Below, in pieces: positions 38,438 through 47,559 of a stretch of 64,000 nt of DNA. The stretch is taken from assembly GCA_031414595.1 (NCBI GenBank), contig JANNVX010000098.1, positions 128,001 through 192,000 of the forward strand, given 5' to 3'. Below the pieces are notes generated by a model that saw only the letters and a program-made list of their open reading frames with translations, was not told the origin of the DNA and did not search any database. The DNA comes from Deinococcales bacterium. Its GTDB lineage: Bacteria > Deinococcota > Deinococci > Deinococcales > JAAFIG01. The first letter of the stretch is position 1, and each line of letters starts with the position of its first letter. A program made the position numbers and the translations under genes.

Positions 38438-39942
38438 GTTACAATACTTTTTTGCCCCACATCAAAAACCACACCAATACCAATCACGGTTTTGGCGTAG
38501 CCTTTAGCATACTGCCCGTCTTTGATTTGCTTTAAGGCTGTCTCCGCATCACCACCGAGCTTAAATTCAAATAAAATAATCTGCTCTGGCGTGTCTACAA
38601 CTGTATCTATGCGTCCCAAACTGGTTTGTACTTGGCTTTGAGTAGGAAAACCGGTGCTGACCAACATCAAGTGCATTAAGCTGTGCATATACATTTCGCG
38701 CTTGGGGAATATTTCGTATGGAATAGCCGCAAAAACCCGATTGCAAATCTCAAAAAAAACTGTCCAATCTGGCGCAATTAAAGCATCATGTAACTCGAGA
38801 CCAAAACTGCCGTGTTCATGGATGTTGCGTTCAGCGTAAACCTCGAGCAGACCCTTGGAGAAGGCTTGGCGTACTTCTTCATTGGGATAGGACAATTGAT
38901 AGCGCGTTCCTTGTAAGCTGATAATTTTTTGCTTTATCGTTAAATAACCTGTCTGAAACATCAAAGAAACGGACTCGAGACGTTCGAGGCTTGGGCTTGA
39001 AATGCTCATTTCATCCAGTGCGATTGAGTTAAAACGCAGTGGGTCAAGGGCGGCTTTTTTAATCATTTCAAGCAGAAAGGTTGGTGTGCCAGTCTCATAC
39101 CAAAATGACCTGAATTCTTGTTGTTCTAAAAAAAGTAGGAAACTAAACGGGCAATAGACTTTCTGCACCGAGTCCCATGAATATCCGTTGTACCAATGCT
39201 TTATGGCTTCCCAAAGTTCGGTCATGGGAACAGCAAACTTTTTTTGCAAAGACTCGAGGTGACCCTGAAAATTCGTTTCAATTTCAGTGTGGGTATAACC
39301 ACACAAGACCGCGTATTTATCATCAAGGGAAATATCTTGGAGGTTGTTCAGATCAGAAAATAAACTCAGTTTACCGATTTTAGAAACACCCGTTAAAAAA
39401 ACCAAATGTAAATAGGCATCCATTGGTTTTAAAACACCATATAGGCTTTTGAGGGTCGCTTGATGTTCTGCTCTTTTTTCTGGCTCGAGTAGGTAGTCAG
39501 TGATGGGTTTATCGTACTCGTCAATCAGTACCACCACTTTATCGGTTTTGGATAACTCGAGAATCAAGCTACGAAAAGCACTGGAAACAGTATCACCTTG
39601 GAGTTCTATGCCGTACTCAGCAGCTACGATTTGCAACCACTCGAGAATTCCTTTTTGCAAGGATTGGTCACGAAAACTGATGTTACTAAAATCAATCCGA
39701 ATTACTGGGCGCGGCTTAAAGTCGTGCTTGTCATAAAGCCACAAATCTTGAAATAAGTCTTTGCGCCCTTCATAAATGGCTTTTAAGGTGGACAGCAACA
39801 ATGATTTACCAAAACGCCTTGGGCGAGACAGGAAAAACACACCCGCTCGCAAAAAAGCCTCGAAGTACATGGTTTTATCCACATACACAAGCTGATTTTG
39901 ACGCAGTTTGGCAAAATCTTGTATCCCGATTGGTAAGTTCAC
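38398..39942 (-). CDS. AAA-ATPase-like protein with C-terminal PD-(D/E)XK nuclease
   Basis: LPIGIQDF...YVDKT, RPRRFGKS, LIDEYDKP, WYNGY, QTGYLTI, PN.EV, GRID...FEFK. Confidence 0.92.
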   Translation of the reverse strand: MNLPIGIQDFAKLRQNQLVYVDKTMYFEAFLRAGVFFLSRPRRFGKSLLLSTLKAIYEGRKDLFQDLWLYDKHDFKPRPVIRIDFSNISFRDQSLQKGILEWLQIVAAEYGIELQGDTVSSAFRSLILELSKTDKVVVLIDEYDKPITDYLLEPEKRAEHQATLKSLYGVLKPMDAYLHLVFLTGVSKIGKLSLFSDLNNLQDISLDDKYAVLCGYTHTEIETNFQGHLESLQKKFAVPMTELWEAIKHWYNGYSWDSVQKVYCPFSFLLFLEQQEFRSFWYETGTPTFLLEMIKKAALDPLRFNSIALDEMSISSPSLERLESVSLMFQTGYLTIKQKIISLQGTRYQLSYPNEEVRQAFSKGLLEVYAERNIHEHGSFGLELHDALIAPDWTVFFEICNRVFAAIPYEIFPKREMYMHSLMHLMLVSTGFPTQSQVQTSLGRIDTVVDTPEQIILFEFKLGGDAETALKQIKDGQYAKGYAKTVIGIGVVFDVGQKSIVTWQAETLSPSQKP

Positions 39943-39944
39943 AA

Positions 39945-40526
39945 TTACCTTGGTTTGACAATGATGCGTCTGTCCATGCCTTCGCCGACCGATTCTGTGA
40001 CCACAAAGGCATCTTCACGCAGGGCAATGTGAATAATTCGCCTGTCGGCTGCACCCAGAGCATCCATTTCAAAAGGCTCACCTGTTTTACGAACCCTTGC
40101 GGCTGCGCGGCGGGCGGTCTCGAGCAGGCGTTCTTCATGGCGGCGTTTATAGCCGGCTGCATCTACATTGACCCTTGGGGCATTTTCGCCAACTTCTTTT
40201 GCCAGCACTGTGTTGGCTAAGAATTCGATTGCGCCTAGGGTGCGTCCTTCGCGTCCGATAATTCTGCCAGAATCGCCGCCCGTGATTTCAGCCAAAATGT
40301 TTTCGCCACGTTCTTTGGCGGCAACGCTGTACCCAGGGGCAATGTGAACCAGTAACCCAGTCAAGAAATCCTCGACAATGCTGTCGGCACTGGCGTTTAA
40401 TCGGGGGCTGCGCCCGACTGGACTCACCGCCACAACAGGGGCATTGCGCGGCGCGGCTGGCGTTTTGGTTTGGTTCTCATCCGAGATGCCAAGGTCGGAG
40501 AGGTACGAGTCTAAATTTTTGTCCAT
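39945..40526 (-). CDS. jag: Jag/KhpB RNA-binding protein (KH + R3H)
   Basis: IIGREGRTL KH loop; DRRIIH R3H motif. Confidence 0.92.
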   Translation of the reverse strand: MDKNLDSYLSDLGISDENQTKTPAAPRNAPVVAVSPVGRSPRLNASADSIVEDFLTGLLVHIAPGYSVAAKERGENILAEITGGDSGRIIGREGRTLGAIEFLANTVLAKEVGENAPRVNVDAAGYKRRHEERLLETARRAAARVRKTGEPFEMDALGAADRRIIHIALREDAFVVTESVGEGMDRRIIVKPR

Positions 40527-40571
40527 GTGGCTAGTCTATCAAAATGTAGCCAAGAAACGTAGACTGTAGCC

Positions 40572-41441
40572 GTGCTTTCTATTGCCACCTTTAGTTTCGT
40601 CGCCAAAGACCCAAACAGTCATGACCTTGGCGTGGTGGTTGCCAGTAAATTCCTTGCAGTTGGCAGTGTAGTCCCGTGGCTCGAGGCGGGAGTAGGGGCA
40701 GTTGCAACCCAAAGTTATGCCAATACCAGTTTTGGGGTGCGTTCGCTTGCCCTGCTTAAATCTGGCTCGAGTTTAAGTGAAATTGCCCAGACGCTCGAGC
40801 AATCCGACCCTGAGCATCAGTCAAGGCAGTACGGTGTGGTTAGTGTCAACGGGAATAGTTATAGTTTCACTGGCTCTGAATGTCAGCCTTGGGCGGGTGG
40901 GCGTTACGGGCAAAATTACGCTGCCCAAGGCAATCTTTTAACGGGTGCAGATGTGATAGACACCCTTGTTGAAACCTTTTTGACACACAGCGAATTACCA
41001 TTTCCGGAGCGTTTACTGGGGGCGTTACTCGCTGCCGACAAGATTGGCGGTGATGCCAGAGGGCGACAAAGTGCCGCCCTGTATGTGGCTCGAGAGCGTG
41101 GTGGCTACGCTGGGTTTAATGACCGTTATATTGATTTACGGGTGGATGACCATGCAACCCCGATTCTCGAGTTGCAGCGTTTACTTGCCATGCACCGTTT
41201 GTTGTTTGAACGCCCTAACCCAGACCAATTGCTGCCGATTTCAGGAGATATTGCCACGCGGGTTTTGGCGGTGCTGCATGGGGCTGGACAGAATTTTTAT
41301 GCTTGGTCAAAAACCGCCGAAGTTGCTTTGACAAGGTTAGCTGGTCTTGAAAATCTCGAGGAGCGTTTTACCCAAATTGGGTTTATTGACATCAACGCCT
41401 TGCAGTATCTCGAGCAGAAGTACAACAGAACAAGCCGCTAA
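40572..41441 (+). CDS. DUF1028 family (Ntn-hydrolase-like) protein
   Basis: TFSFVA.D, SKFLAVG, ATQ, QGN.L, GGD.RG.QSAAL, DLRVD. Confidence 0.9.
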   Translation: MLSIATFSFVAKDPNSHDLGVVVASKFLAVGSVVPWLEAGVGAVATQSYANTSFGVRSLALLKSGSSLSEIAQTLEQSDPEHQSRQYGVVSVNGNSYSFTGSECQPWAGGRYGQNYAAQGNLLTGADVIDTLVETFLTHSELPFPERLLGALLAADKIGGDARGRQSAALYVARERGGYAGFNDRYIDLRVDDHATPILELQRLLAMHRLLFERPNPDQLLPISGDIATRVLAVLHGAGQNFYAWSKTAEVALTRLAGLENLEERFTQIGFIDINALQYLEQKYNRTSR

Positions 41442-41488
41442 AAACGGCGTATTGAATTAGCACCAGACCTGTTAGAATAAAAACCGTT

Positions 41489-42115
41489 ATGGCATCCAAT
41501 CTTTATATTGTTCGGCATGGTCAAACGACCTTCAACGCAAGTGGCACAAAAACCTTTACGGGTTGGGTAGATGTTGACATCTCCGAAGTTGGCGTGCAGC
41601 AAGCCACCGAGATTTCCCAGACCTTATCTGGAATTCGTTTTGATTTGGCGTATACCAGTCGCTTGTTGCGCTGTCGCCATACCTTAGATATTCTGCTTGC
41701 GCCGCATTCGTATGGTGTGCCAATCATCACCGATGACCGTATCATCGAACGCAGCTATGGTGATTTAAGTGGGCGTTTACACACCGATATTCAAAAAGAA
41801 CACCCCGATATGTACAAAATTTGGCACCGCAGTTACGATGTCCCACCACCCAATGGCGAGAGTGTCAAAATGGTTGAGATGCGGGTTTATCCGTTTATCC
41901 ACGAACTGCTTCGCAGTGCTGGCGATGGTAAGAACATCCTGATTTCGGCACACGGCAACAGCATTCGTTGTTTGCGGGCATACTTGGAAAATATGAGCGT
42001 TGAGCAGGAAATGAGTTTGGAAGTGCCACAAAATGATTATCTGCACTACAGCTTTGTTGGTGATACCAAGCACTTATTTGGTGGTGAAGTCACAAAACAT
42101 CATCCAGTCGCTTAA
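41489..42115 (+). CDS. gpmA: 2,3-BPG-dependent phosphoglycerate mutase
   Basis: RHGQ, FTGWVDV, ER.YG.L.G, RSYDVPPP.GES, AHGNS.R. Confidence 0.88.
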   Translation: MASNLYIVRHGQTTFNASGTKTFTGWVDVDISEVGVQQATEISQTLSGIRFDLAYTSRLLRCRHTLDILLAPHSYGVPIITDDRIIERSYGDLSGRLHTDIQKEHPDMYKIWHRSYDVPPPNGESVKMVEMRVYPFIHELLRSAGDGKNILISAHGNSIRCLRAYLENMSVEQEMSLEVPQNDYLHYSFVGDTKHLFGGEVTKHHPVA

Positions 42116-42207
42116 TCGTCTCGAGGAGCGGCATCGCGACCCAAGCAGTGCCGCTTGAACTTTCACGGGTTGTGTATTTTAGCAACATCAAACAAGTACA
42201 CTAAGCC

Positions 42208-43707
42208 ATGAATCAACTCGAGGAACTTAAAAACCTACTGGCAGAAATTTCGGATTTAACGGCTGTGGCACAATTAGTCAGTTGGGATAAAGACACCCAA
42301 ATGCCCAAAGGGGCAGCCGCCACTCGAGCCAACCAAATGGCGACGATGGCGCGGTTACTGCATCAAAAAAACACTGCGCCGCGTTTACGAGAATTGATTG
42401 AAGCCCTCGAGCCAGAACTCAAAAATTCGGATTCATTGGATGGTGCGTTGCTGCGTTTATTGCGCTTAGAGTATGACCGCAAATCTAAACTCCCAACCGA
42501 TTTTGTAACTGAGTTCGCCGCCGCTCGAGCCACCTCTGGTTCGGTTTGGGAGGCTTCGCGCTATAAAAATGACTGGGCTGCTTTTTTGCCACACTTAGAA
42601 AAAATGTTTGACTATGCCCGCCGAGCCGCCGATTATTACGGTTTTGAAACCCATCCTTACGACGCGCTGCTCTGGGATTACGACCCGGGCTTAAAAACTG
42701 CTGACATCAAAGAAATCTTTGCCGATGTTCGCGCTTTTACTGTGCCACTTTTAGGGAAAATTGTAGCGGCTGGGGAAAATATAGATTATGGTGTGCTGAC
42801 CAGATATTTCCCACTCGAGGCACAACGAGCTTTTGGTCTCGAGGTGGCACAGGCATTTGGGTATGACCTCAACCGAGGGCGCTTAGATGTGACCGCGCAC
42901 CCGTTCGCCACAAACTTTGGTAAGGATGATGTGCGGATTACCACGCGGTTTGACCCGCATTATTTTCCAATGGCATTGTACGGCACACTGCACGAATCAG
43001 GTCATGCGATGTACGAACAGAATACAGGCGATGAATTGCGCCGCACCCCATTGGCACGCGGCGCGTGGAGTACCGCCCATGAAAGCCAATCGCGGATGTG
43101 GGAGAACTTGGTTGGGCGCTCGAGTGGCTTTTGGCAGCACTGGTTTGCAATAGCCCAAAAACACTTCCCAGAAGCCCTGCATGATGTAGACGCAAGCACC
43201 ATGTACAAATTGGTCAATCGGGTTAAACCCAGTTTTATTCGGGTTGAAGCTGACGAATTAACCTATAACCTGCATATCATGTTGCGTTTTGAACTCGAGT
43301 TAGCCGTTTTTGAAGAAAAAATTAAAATTTCCGAGTTGCCCGAAGCATGGAATGCCAAAATGCAGGAGTACCTTGGGGTCACACCTCCCGATTACTCGAG
43401 TGGGATTATGCAGGATATTCACTGGTCGGCTGGAATGTTTGCTTATTTTCCAACCTACAGCCTTGGGAACATTTTAAGTGTGCAACTGTTTGAAAAAGCA
43501 GGTTCACAAATGGGCGACTTGAACGCCATGTTTGCTCGAGGTGAGTACAAACCGCTTCTGCATTGGCTGACCCATGCAGTGCTGCGCCACGGTAAAACGT
43601 ACTTGCCACCAGAATTGATTATGCGTTCGACTGGCTCGAGTTTAAGCGCCAAACCGTACCTTGGTTATCTCGAGCATAAATTTAGTGGAATTTACGAATT
43701 GAAATAA
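42208..43707 (+). CDS. Carboxypeptidase, M32 family
   Basis: HPF, RITTR, HESGH, HESQSR, IRVEAD, QDIHW, YFPTY. Confidence 0.96.
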   Translation: MNQLEELKNLLAEISDLTAVAQLVSWDKDTQMPKGAAATRANQMATMARLLHQKNTAPRLRELIEALEPELKNSDSLDGALLRLLRLEYDRKSKLPTDFVTEFAAARATSGSVWEASRYKNDWAAFLPHLEKMFDYARRAADYYGFETHPYDALLWDYDPGLKTADIKEIFADVRAFTVPLLGKIVAAGENIDYGVLTRYFPLEAQRAFGLEVAQAFGYDLNRGRLDVTAHPFATNFGKDDVRITTRFDPHYFPMALYGTLHESGHAMYEQNTGDELRRTPLARGAWSTAHESQSRMWENLVGRSSGFWQHWFAIAQKHFPEALHDVDASTMYKLVNRVKPSFIRVEADELTYNLHIMLRFELELAVFEEKIKISELPEAWNAKMQEYLGVTPPDYSSGIMQDIHWSAGMFAYFPTYSLGNILSVQLFEKAGSQMGDLNAMFARGEYKPLLHWLTHAVLRHGKTYLPPELIMRSTGSSLSAKPYLGYLEHKFSGIYELK

Positions 43708-43725
43708 GGAACTGTCCGAATTGAA

Positions 43726-45588
43726 TCAAGGCAAGACCGCCGTGACTCGAGTGCCATTTCCAGTTCGACTCGAGTATTCAAATTTCCCACCTCTGGCTTC
43801 AACCCGTTCACGCATTTGCGATAAACCAAGTCCGCCAGCCGTGGTGACTTTGCCGGTCAGGGCGTTGGGGTCAAAGCCAACGCCATCGTCTTGAACCGTC
43901 AAATTGGTGCTGCTTGGGTAGGTTTGTAAGGTCACGGTCACGATTTTGGCACGGCTGTGCTTGGCGATGTTATTTAACGCCTCCTGCAAAATTCTAAACA
44001 TCACGGCTTCGTTGGTTGGGCTTAAACGCGGTTCACCATGCAGTTCAAGGGTGGTTTTAATGTTGTTCTGCTCACCAAAATCCTTGGTGTATTGGCGGAC
44101 AGTTTCTAAGAATCCAAGGCGTTCAAGGTCAAGTGGTCGCAGGGCAAAAATGCTGCGCCGAACTTCTTTAATTTGTTCACGCAAGGTGGTTTTTGCCAGT
44201 TCAATTTCGGATAAGACCCGTTTGGGGTCTTTCTCGAGTAAACGCCCAGCCAAATCGAGTTTCATTGCCGTAAATGCCAGACTTTGGGCAATCCCATCAT
44301 GGATTTCACGGGCGATGCGGCTGCGCTCATCAAAAATAGCGATTTCTTCGCTATATAAGTATGCCTTGGCATTACGAACCGCCAATGTGACCTGACTGGC
44401 AAGTAAATTCAGTAACGGCAATTCGCGGGTGTCAAAAGCGTTTTCTTGACTGTGACCCAAGATAATCACCCCGACCAATTCCGATTCGGTCAGCATCGGT
44501 AGGGCAATCGCGGCTCTCGAGCCTCCCAGTACAGGATCATCGGGTTGATTGAGTAAAATCATGCCGTGCTTGGTCTCGAGCATTGGTGTGGCTTCAAGGT
44601 CTGGTATTGACATCGGTAAGCGTTGCAAAGCACTTTCCAAGGCAAGATTGCCAGTTGCCCAGCCGTGTTCGTTGCCAGAGCGCACCACTCGCCCTTGAAC
44701 ATCGCGCCCCCAAGCCAAGGTTAAACGCCCGTCCTCGTCGGATAAGTAGACGGCACTGGCTTCGGCGCGGACACGTTCACGGATTCGCGCCAGCACATTC
44801 TCGAGTAAACGCTCCAAGTTAATTTCAGCGCGGATGCTCCTGTCCACTTCAAAAAGGGTTAATAAATCCCTTGTGCGGATATTGGCGGCATCCACTGCCA
44901 CTGCCACTTCGCCGACCAGAATCTCGAGTAATTCACGGCTTTCACTGCGAGGCATCCCCGTAAAGTACAGGTGCAGCGCTCCTAAGAAACGATCCCCAAA
45001 GCGCAAGGGGCTGGATAAGCGGCTTTTGGCGTTTTGAATACTCGAGGGACGGTCTAAAACCGTGCTTGCCACCCGCAACGGCTCGAGGTCGGTCACTTCA
45101 AGCGGTAATTCCAATAAGTTAAAAACCCGCACCACACCACTCTCGAGAATAATTGCACCTGCGGTTGCCCCGACTGCTTCGGCAACACTGGCAATGGCTG
45201 TTTCTAGCACACTCTCTAAGTCCGAAGCCTCGGAGACATTACGGGTAACTCGTTGTACCGCCGCCAAACGCGCATGAGATTCAGAGAGTTCGGTGTATAA
45301 ATCTCTCAGTTCGGTTTCGGCGCGTTCACGTTCACGTACTTCGGCGGCAATCCAAGTTAAAACAAAAAATGTGACAAGAGGACCAATAATCCCGTAAAAA
45401 AGCAGTTCTGCCCAAAATCCTGTGCGTCCGGGTTCGAGTTGCACCACCAACAACTGATACAGCACCACCACCAACACAATGAGCGGCGGCAGAACCGCTT
45501 GGGCGGTACGAACCCGACGGTACGATGCGCCGGGGACTTGAGAAGCCCTGAATCCAATCCGTTCAAACCAAGTTAAAGGCTGATTCAT
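43726..45588 (-). CDS. GAF-domain sensor histidine kinase (HisKA_3 type)
   Basis: 2 TM helices, GAF-like segments, ERSRIAREIHD, QEALNN, DDGVGF, GLGL. Confidence 0.93.
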   Translation of the reverse strand: MNQPLTWFERIGFRASQVPGASYRRVRTAQAVLPPLIVLVVVLYQLLVVQLEPGRTGFWAELLFYGIIGPLVTFFVLTWIAAEVRERERAETELRDLYTELSESHARLAAVQRVTRNVSEASDLESVLETAIASVAEAVGATAGAIILESGVVRVFNLLELPLEVTDLEPLRVASTVLDRPSSIQNAKSRLSSPLRFGDRFLGALHLYFTGMPRSESRELLEILVGEVAVAVDAANIRTRDLLTLFEVDRSIRAEINLERLLENVLARIRERVRAEASAVYLSDEDGRLTLAWGRDVQGRVVRSGNEHGWATGNLALESALQRLPMSIPDLEATPMLETKHGMILLNQPDDPVLGGSRAAIALPMLTESELVGVIILGHSQENAFDTRELPLLNLLASQVTLAVRNAKAYLYSEEIAIFDERSRIAREIHDGIAQSLAFTAMKLDLAGRLLEKDPKRVLSEIELAKTTLREQIKEVRRSIFALRPLDLERLGFLETVRQYTKDFGEQNNIKTTLELHGEPRLSPTNEAVMFRILQEALNNIAKHSRAKIVTVTLQTYPSSTNLTVQDDGVGFDPNALTGKVTTAGGLGLSQMRERVEARGGKFEYSSRTGNGTRVTAVLP

Positions 45589-46343
45589 AGGTCTTCACTC
45601 ATTCTTGGATATGGCACTGTGCCGGGTGTATCCAAGCCCCTATTCTTGCGTGAAGCCCATAAACCCTGACTGAGTAAGCCCCGAATAAACGCCACATCAT
45701 GATTGTTTAAGTCCGAACGGTTAAAAATACTTCTAAAACGCCGTAACGCATGGTCTTTGCGGTCATTGTTGGTGTAGCCAACCTCGAGCATAAACTCGAG
45801 CAGATGGGCGTACATCCCTTCTAAACTGTGGCGCGGCGCAAGTTGTTCTCTTTCTTGCAGAGTTTCGATAACAGGGGTTTGACGTGCCAGCAGCAACTCG
45901 TAAACAATCACTTGTACGGCTTGGGCAAGGTTTAAGACTGGGTATTCGCCTTCGGTCGGAATCGAAACGAGCGCATGACACAAATCCAGTTCATCATTAA
46001 AAAGCCCATGTTCCTCTCGTCCAAAAACCACGGCACTCGAGACTGGGCTGATAAACCTTGGTGCGAATTCCCTTGGGGTCATAATCTGGGTGTAATCTTT
46101 GCGCTCCCTTGCAGTTGTGCCAACCACAAACTCGAGTTCACCGACCGCTTCAAGCAGTGTCTCAAAAATACTGGCTTGTTCAATCAGTTCAAAAGCATGA
46201 ACTGCCATTTTCTGGGCATCCAAAAGATTACAACGTGGCGCAACAATTCGTAAATCCGACAAACCAAAATTCTTCATGGCTCTGGCAACACCGCCAATGT
46301 TGTCTGGACCTTTGGGCGAAACAAGGACAATCGCGGGTTTCAT
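45585..46343 (-). CDS. trmJ: TrmJ/LasT family RNA methyltransferase
   Basis: NIGGVARAMKNFG, FGREEHGL, LNLAQAV. Confidence 0.88.
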   Translation of the reverse strand: MKPAIVLVSPKGPDNIGGVARAMKNFGLSDLRIVAPRCNLLDAQKMAVHAFELIEQASIFETLLEAVGELEFVVGTTARERKDYTQIMTPREFAPRFISPVSSAVVFGREEHGLFNDELDLCHALVSIPTEGEYPVLNLAQAVQVIVYELLLARQTPVIETLQEREQLAPRHSLEGMYAHLLEFMLEVGYTNNDRKDHALRRFRSIFNRSDLNNHDVAFIRGLLSQGLWASRKNRGLDTPGTVPYPRMSEDL

Positions 46344-46414
46344 AGTTTCTAGTCTAAAGAGAAAAGGCGAAAAGCGAAGGGCAAAAGGCGAAGGTAGGAA
46401 GTAGACTGTATTTT

Positions 46415-46918
46415 ATGCTCGAGAAGCTACAAAAGTTATTGATTGAACAAAAAGCCGTGTTGCGTCTTGATAATCCAAAACGTGGATTGCGAATCACTCA
46501 AGGATTTCATCAATTGCAACTGATTATTTTTTTAGCACAAATGCTGATTTTAATAATTTTGCTTGGGCTGTTGCTTTTTTCTGGCTCGACTCGAGCCGTG
46601 GTTGTCTCCAATTGGTTTTTACTGATTGGTATTTCTTTAGCTGGCTTTGCACTTATTTTTTCTGAACGGGCTTTTCGCGAAGAACCCAATTTTTTAGCTT
46701 TACTGCGGCTCTGTATTCTCACTTCCGTCTCGAGTGCCATTCCCGCGATGCTGGCAGCCCTGGCTTGGCGTTTTGAAGGATTAACCCTTGGGGTGCTGGG
46801 TTTATTTGGCTCGAGCCTAGTGGCTTTTTTGGTGTGTTGGACTCGTCTCGAGTTACTGGCGGTTTTAATCCCGCAAAATCAAGACGAGGCTGTCTCACAA
46901 AACCAAGACCAAAGTTGA
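46415..46918 (+). CDS. Hypothetical membrane protein
   Basis: About four hydrophobic helices; TAGACT 7 nt before ATG. Confidence 0.6.
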   Translation: MLEKLQKLLIEQKAVLRLDNPKRGLRITQGFHQLQLIIFLAQMLILIILLGLLLFSGSTRAVVVSNWFLLIGISLAGFALIFSERAFREEPNFLALLRLCILTSVSSAIPAMLAALAWRFEGLTLGVLGLFGSSLVAFLVCWTRLELLAVLIPQNQDEAVSQNQDQS

Positions 46919-46954
46919 GGGATGTAAAAATCAAACTCGTGCTAACATACTTGC

Positions 46955-47485
46955 GTGGCTGGCAAACGCGAAATTATTATCACCACAGGTTTACTTGCGA
47001 TTCTTGGTGGAGCGAGTTTTTTTAGCTTACGCCCCAATGAAATCCCAGCCGCTCAAAATGCCCTCGAGCGTTTACCAATTCGCGTGGCAGTGGCAGGCGA
47101 AATCAAAAAACCAGGAGTTTATCAGTTGCCTTGGGGTTCACGTACCGAAGCGGCGCTGGCTGCGGCTGGTGGAACAACCAGTGATGCCGAACTGAGTTTA
47201 ATCAATCCCGCCCAAATCCTGACCGATGGTGATCAGGTTCGCATACCAAGTAAACAAATCAGTGCCAGCCCAGAAGAACCAGTCTCGAGTAGCACATCCA
47301 CAGGTGAACGCATTAACCTCAACACCGCTACTCAAGCCCAAATCGAGGCTTTACCGGGGGTTGGACCGAAAATGGCAGAACGTATCTTGCAAGCCCGTCC
47401 ATTCTCGAGCCTCAAAGACCTAGATGCGGTTAAAGGAATAGGGACAAGTATGCTTAAAAAACTCGAGCCTCTAGTCAGATTTTAG
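46955..47485 (+). CDS. comEA: Competence DNA-binding protein ComEA
   Basis: TM, SLBB domain (V.VAGE..KPGVY.L), INLNTA...LPGVG and V.GIG HhH motifs. Confidence 0.92.
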   Translation: MAGKREIIITTGLLAILGGASFFSLRPNEIPAAQNALERLPIRVAVAGEIKKPGVYQLPWGSRTEAALAAAGGTTSDAELSLINPAQILTDGDQVRIPSKQISASPEEPVSSSTSTGERINLNTATQAQIEALPGVGPKMAERILQARPFSSLKDLDAVKGIGTSMLKKLEPLVRF

Positions 47486-47559
47486 TCACCTTAGAGTTTT
47501 CATCTTGGTACAGTACAATCGGTCTTTGTGAATTATGCCCAAAGCACAATTGGAGAACT

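Noticed and set aside
42132-42160. Third copy of the GCGACC...CAAG mini-insert in the hairpin after gpmA
   Set aside because: Match is too short, lacks TTATGGT and has no GTAG REP context
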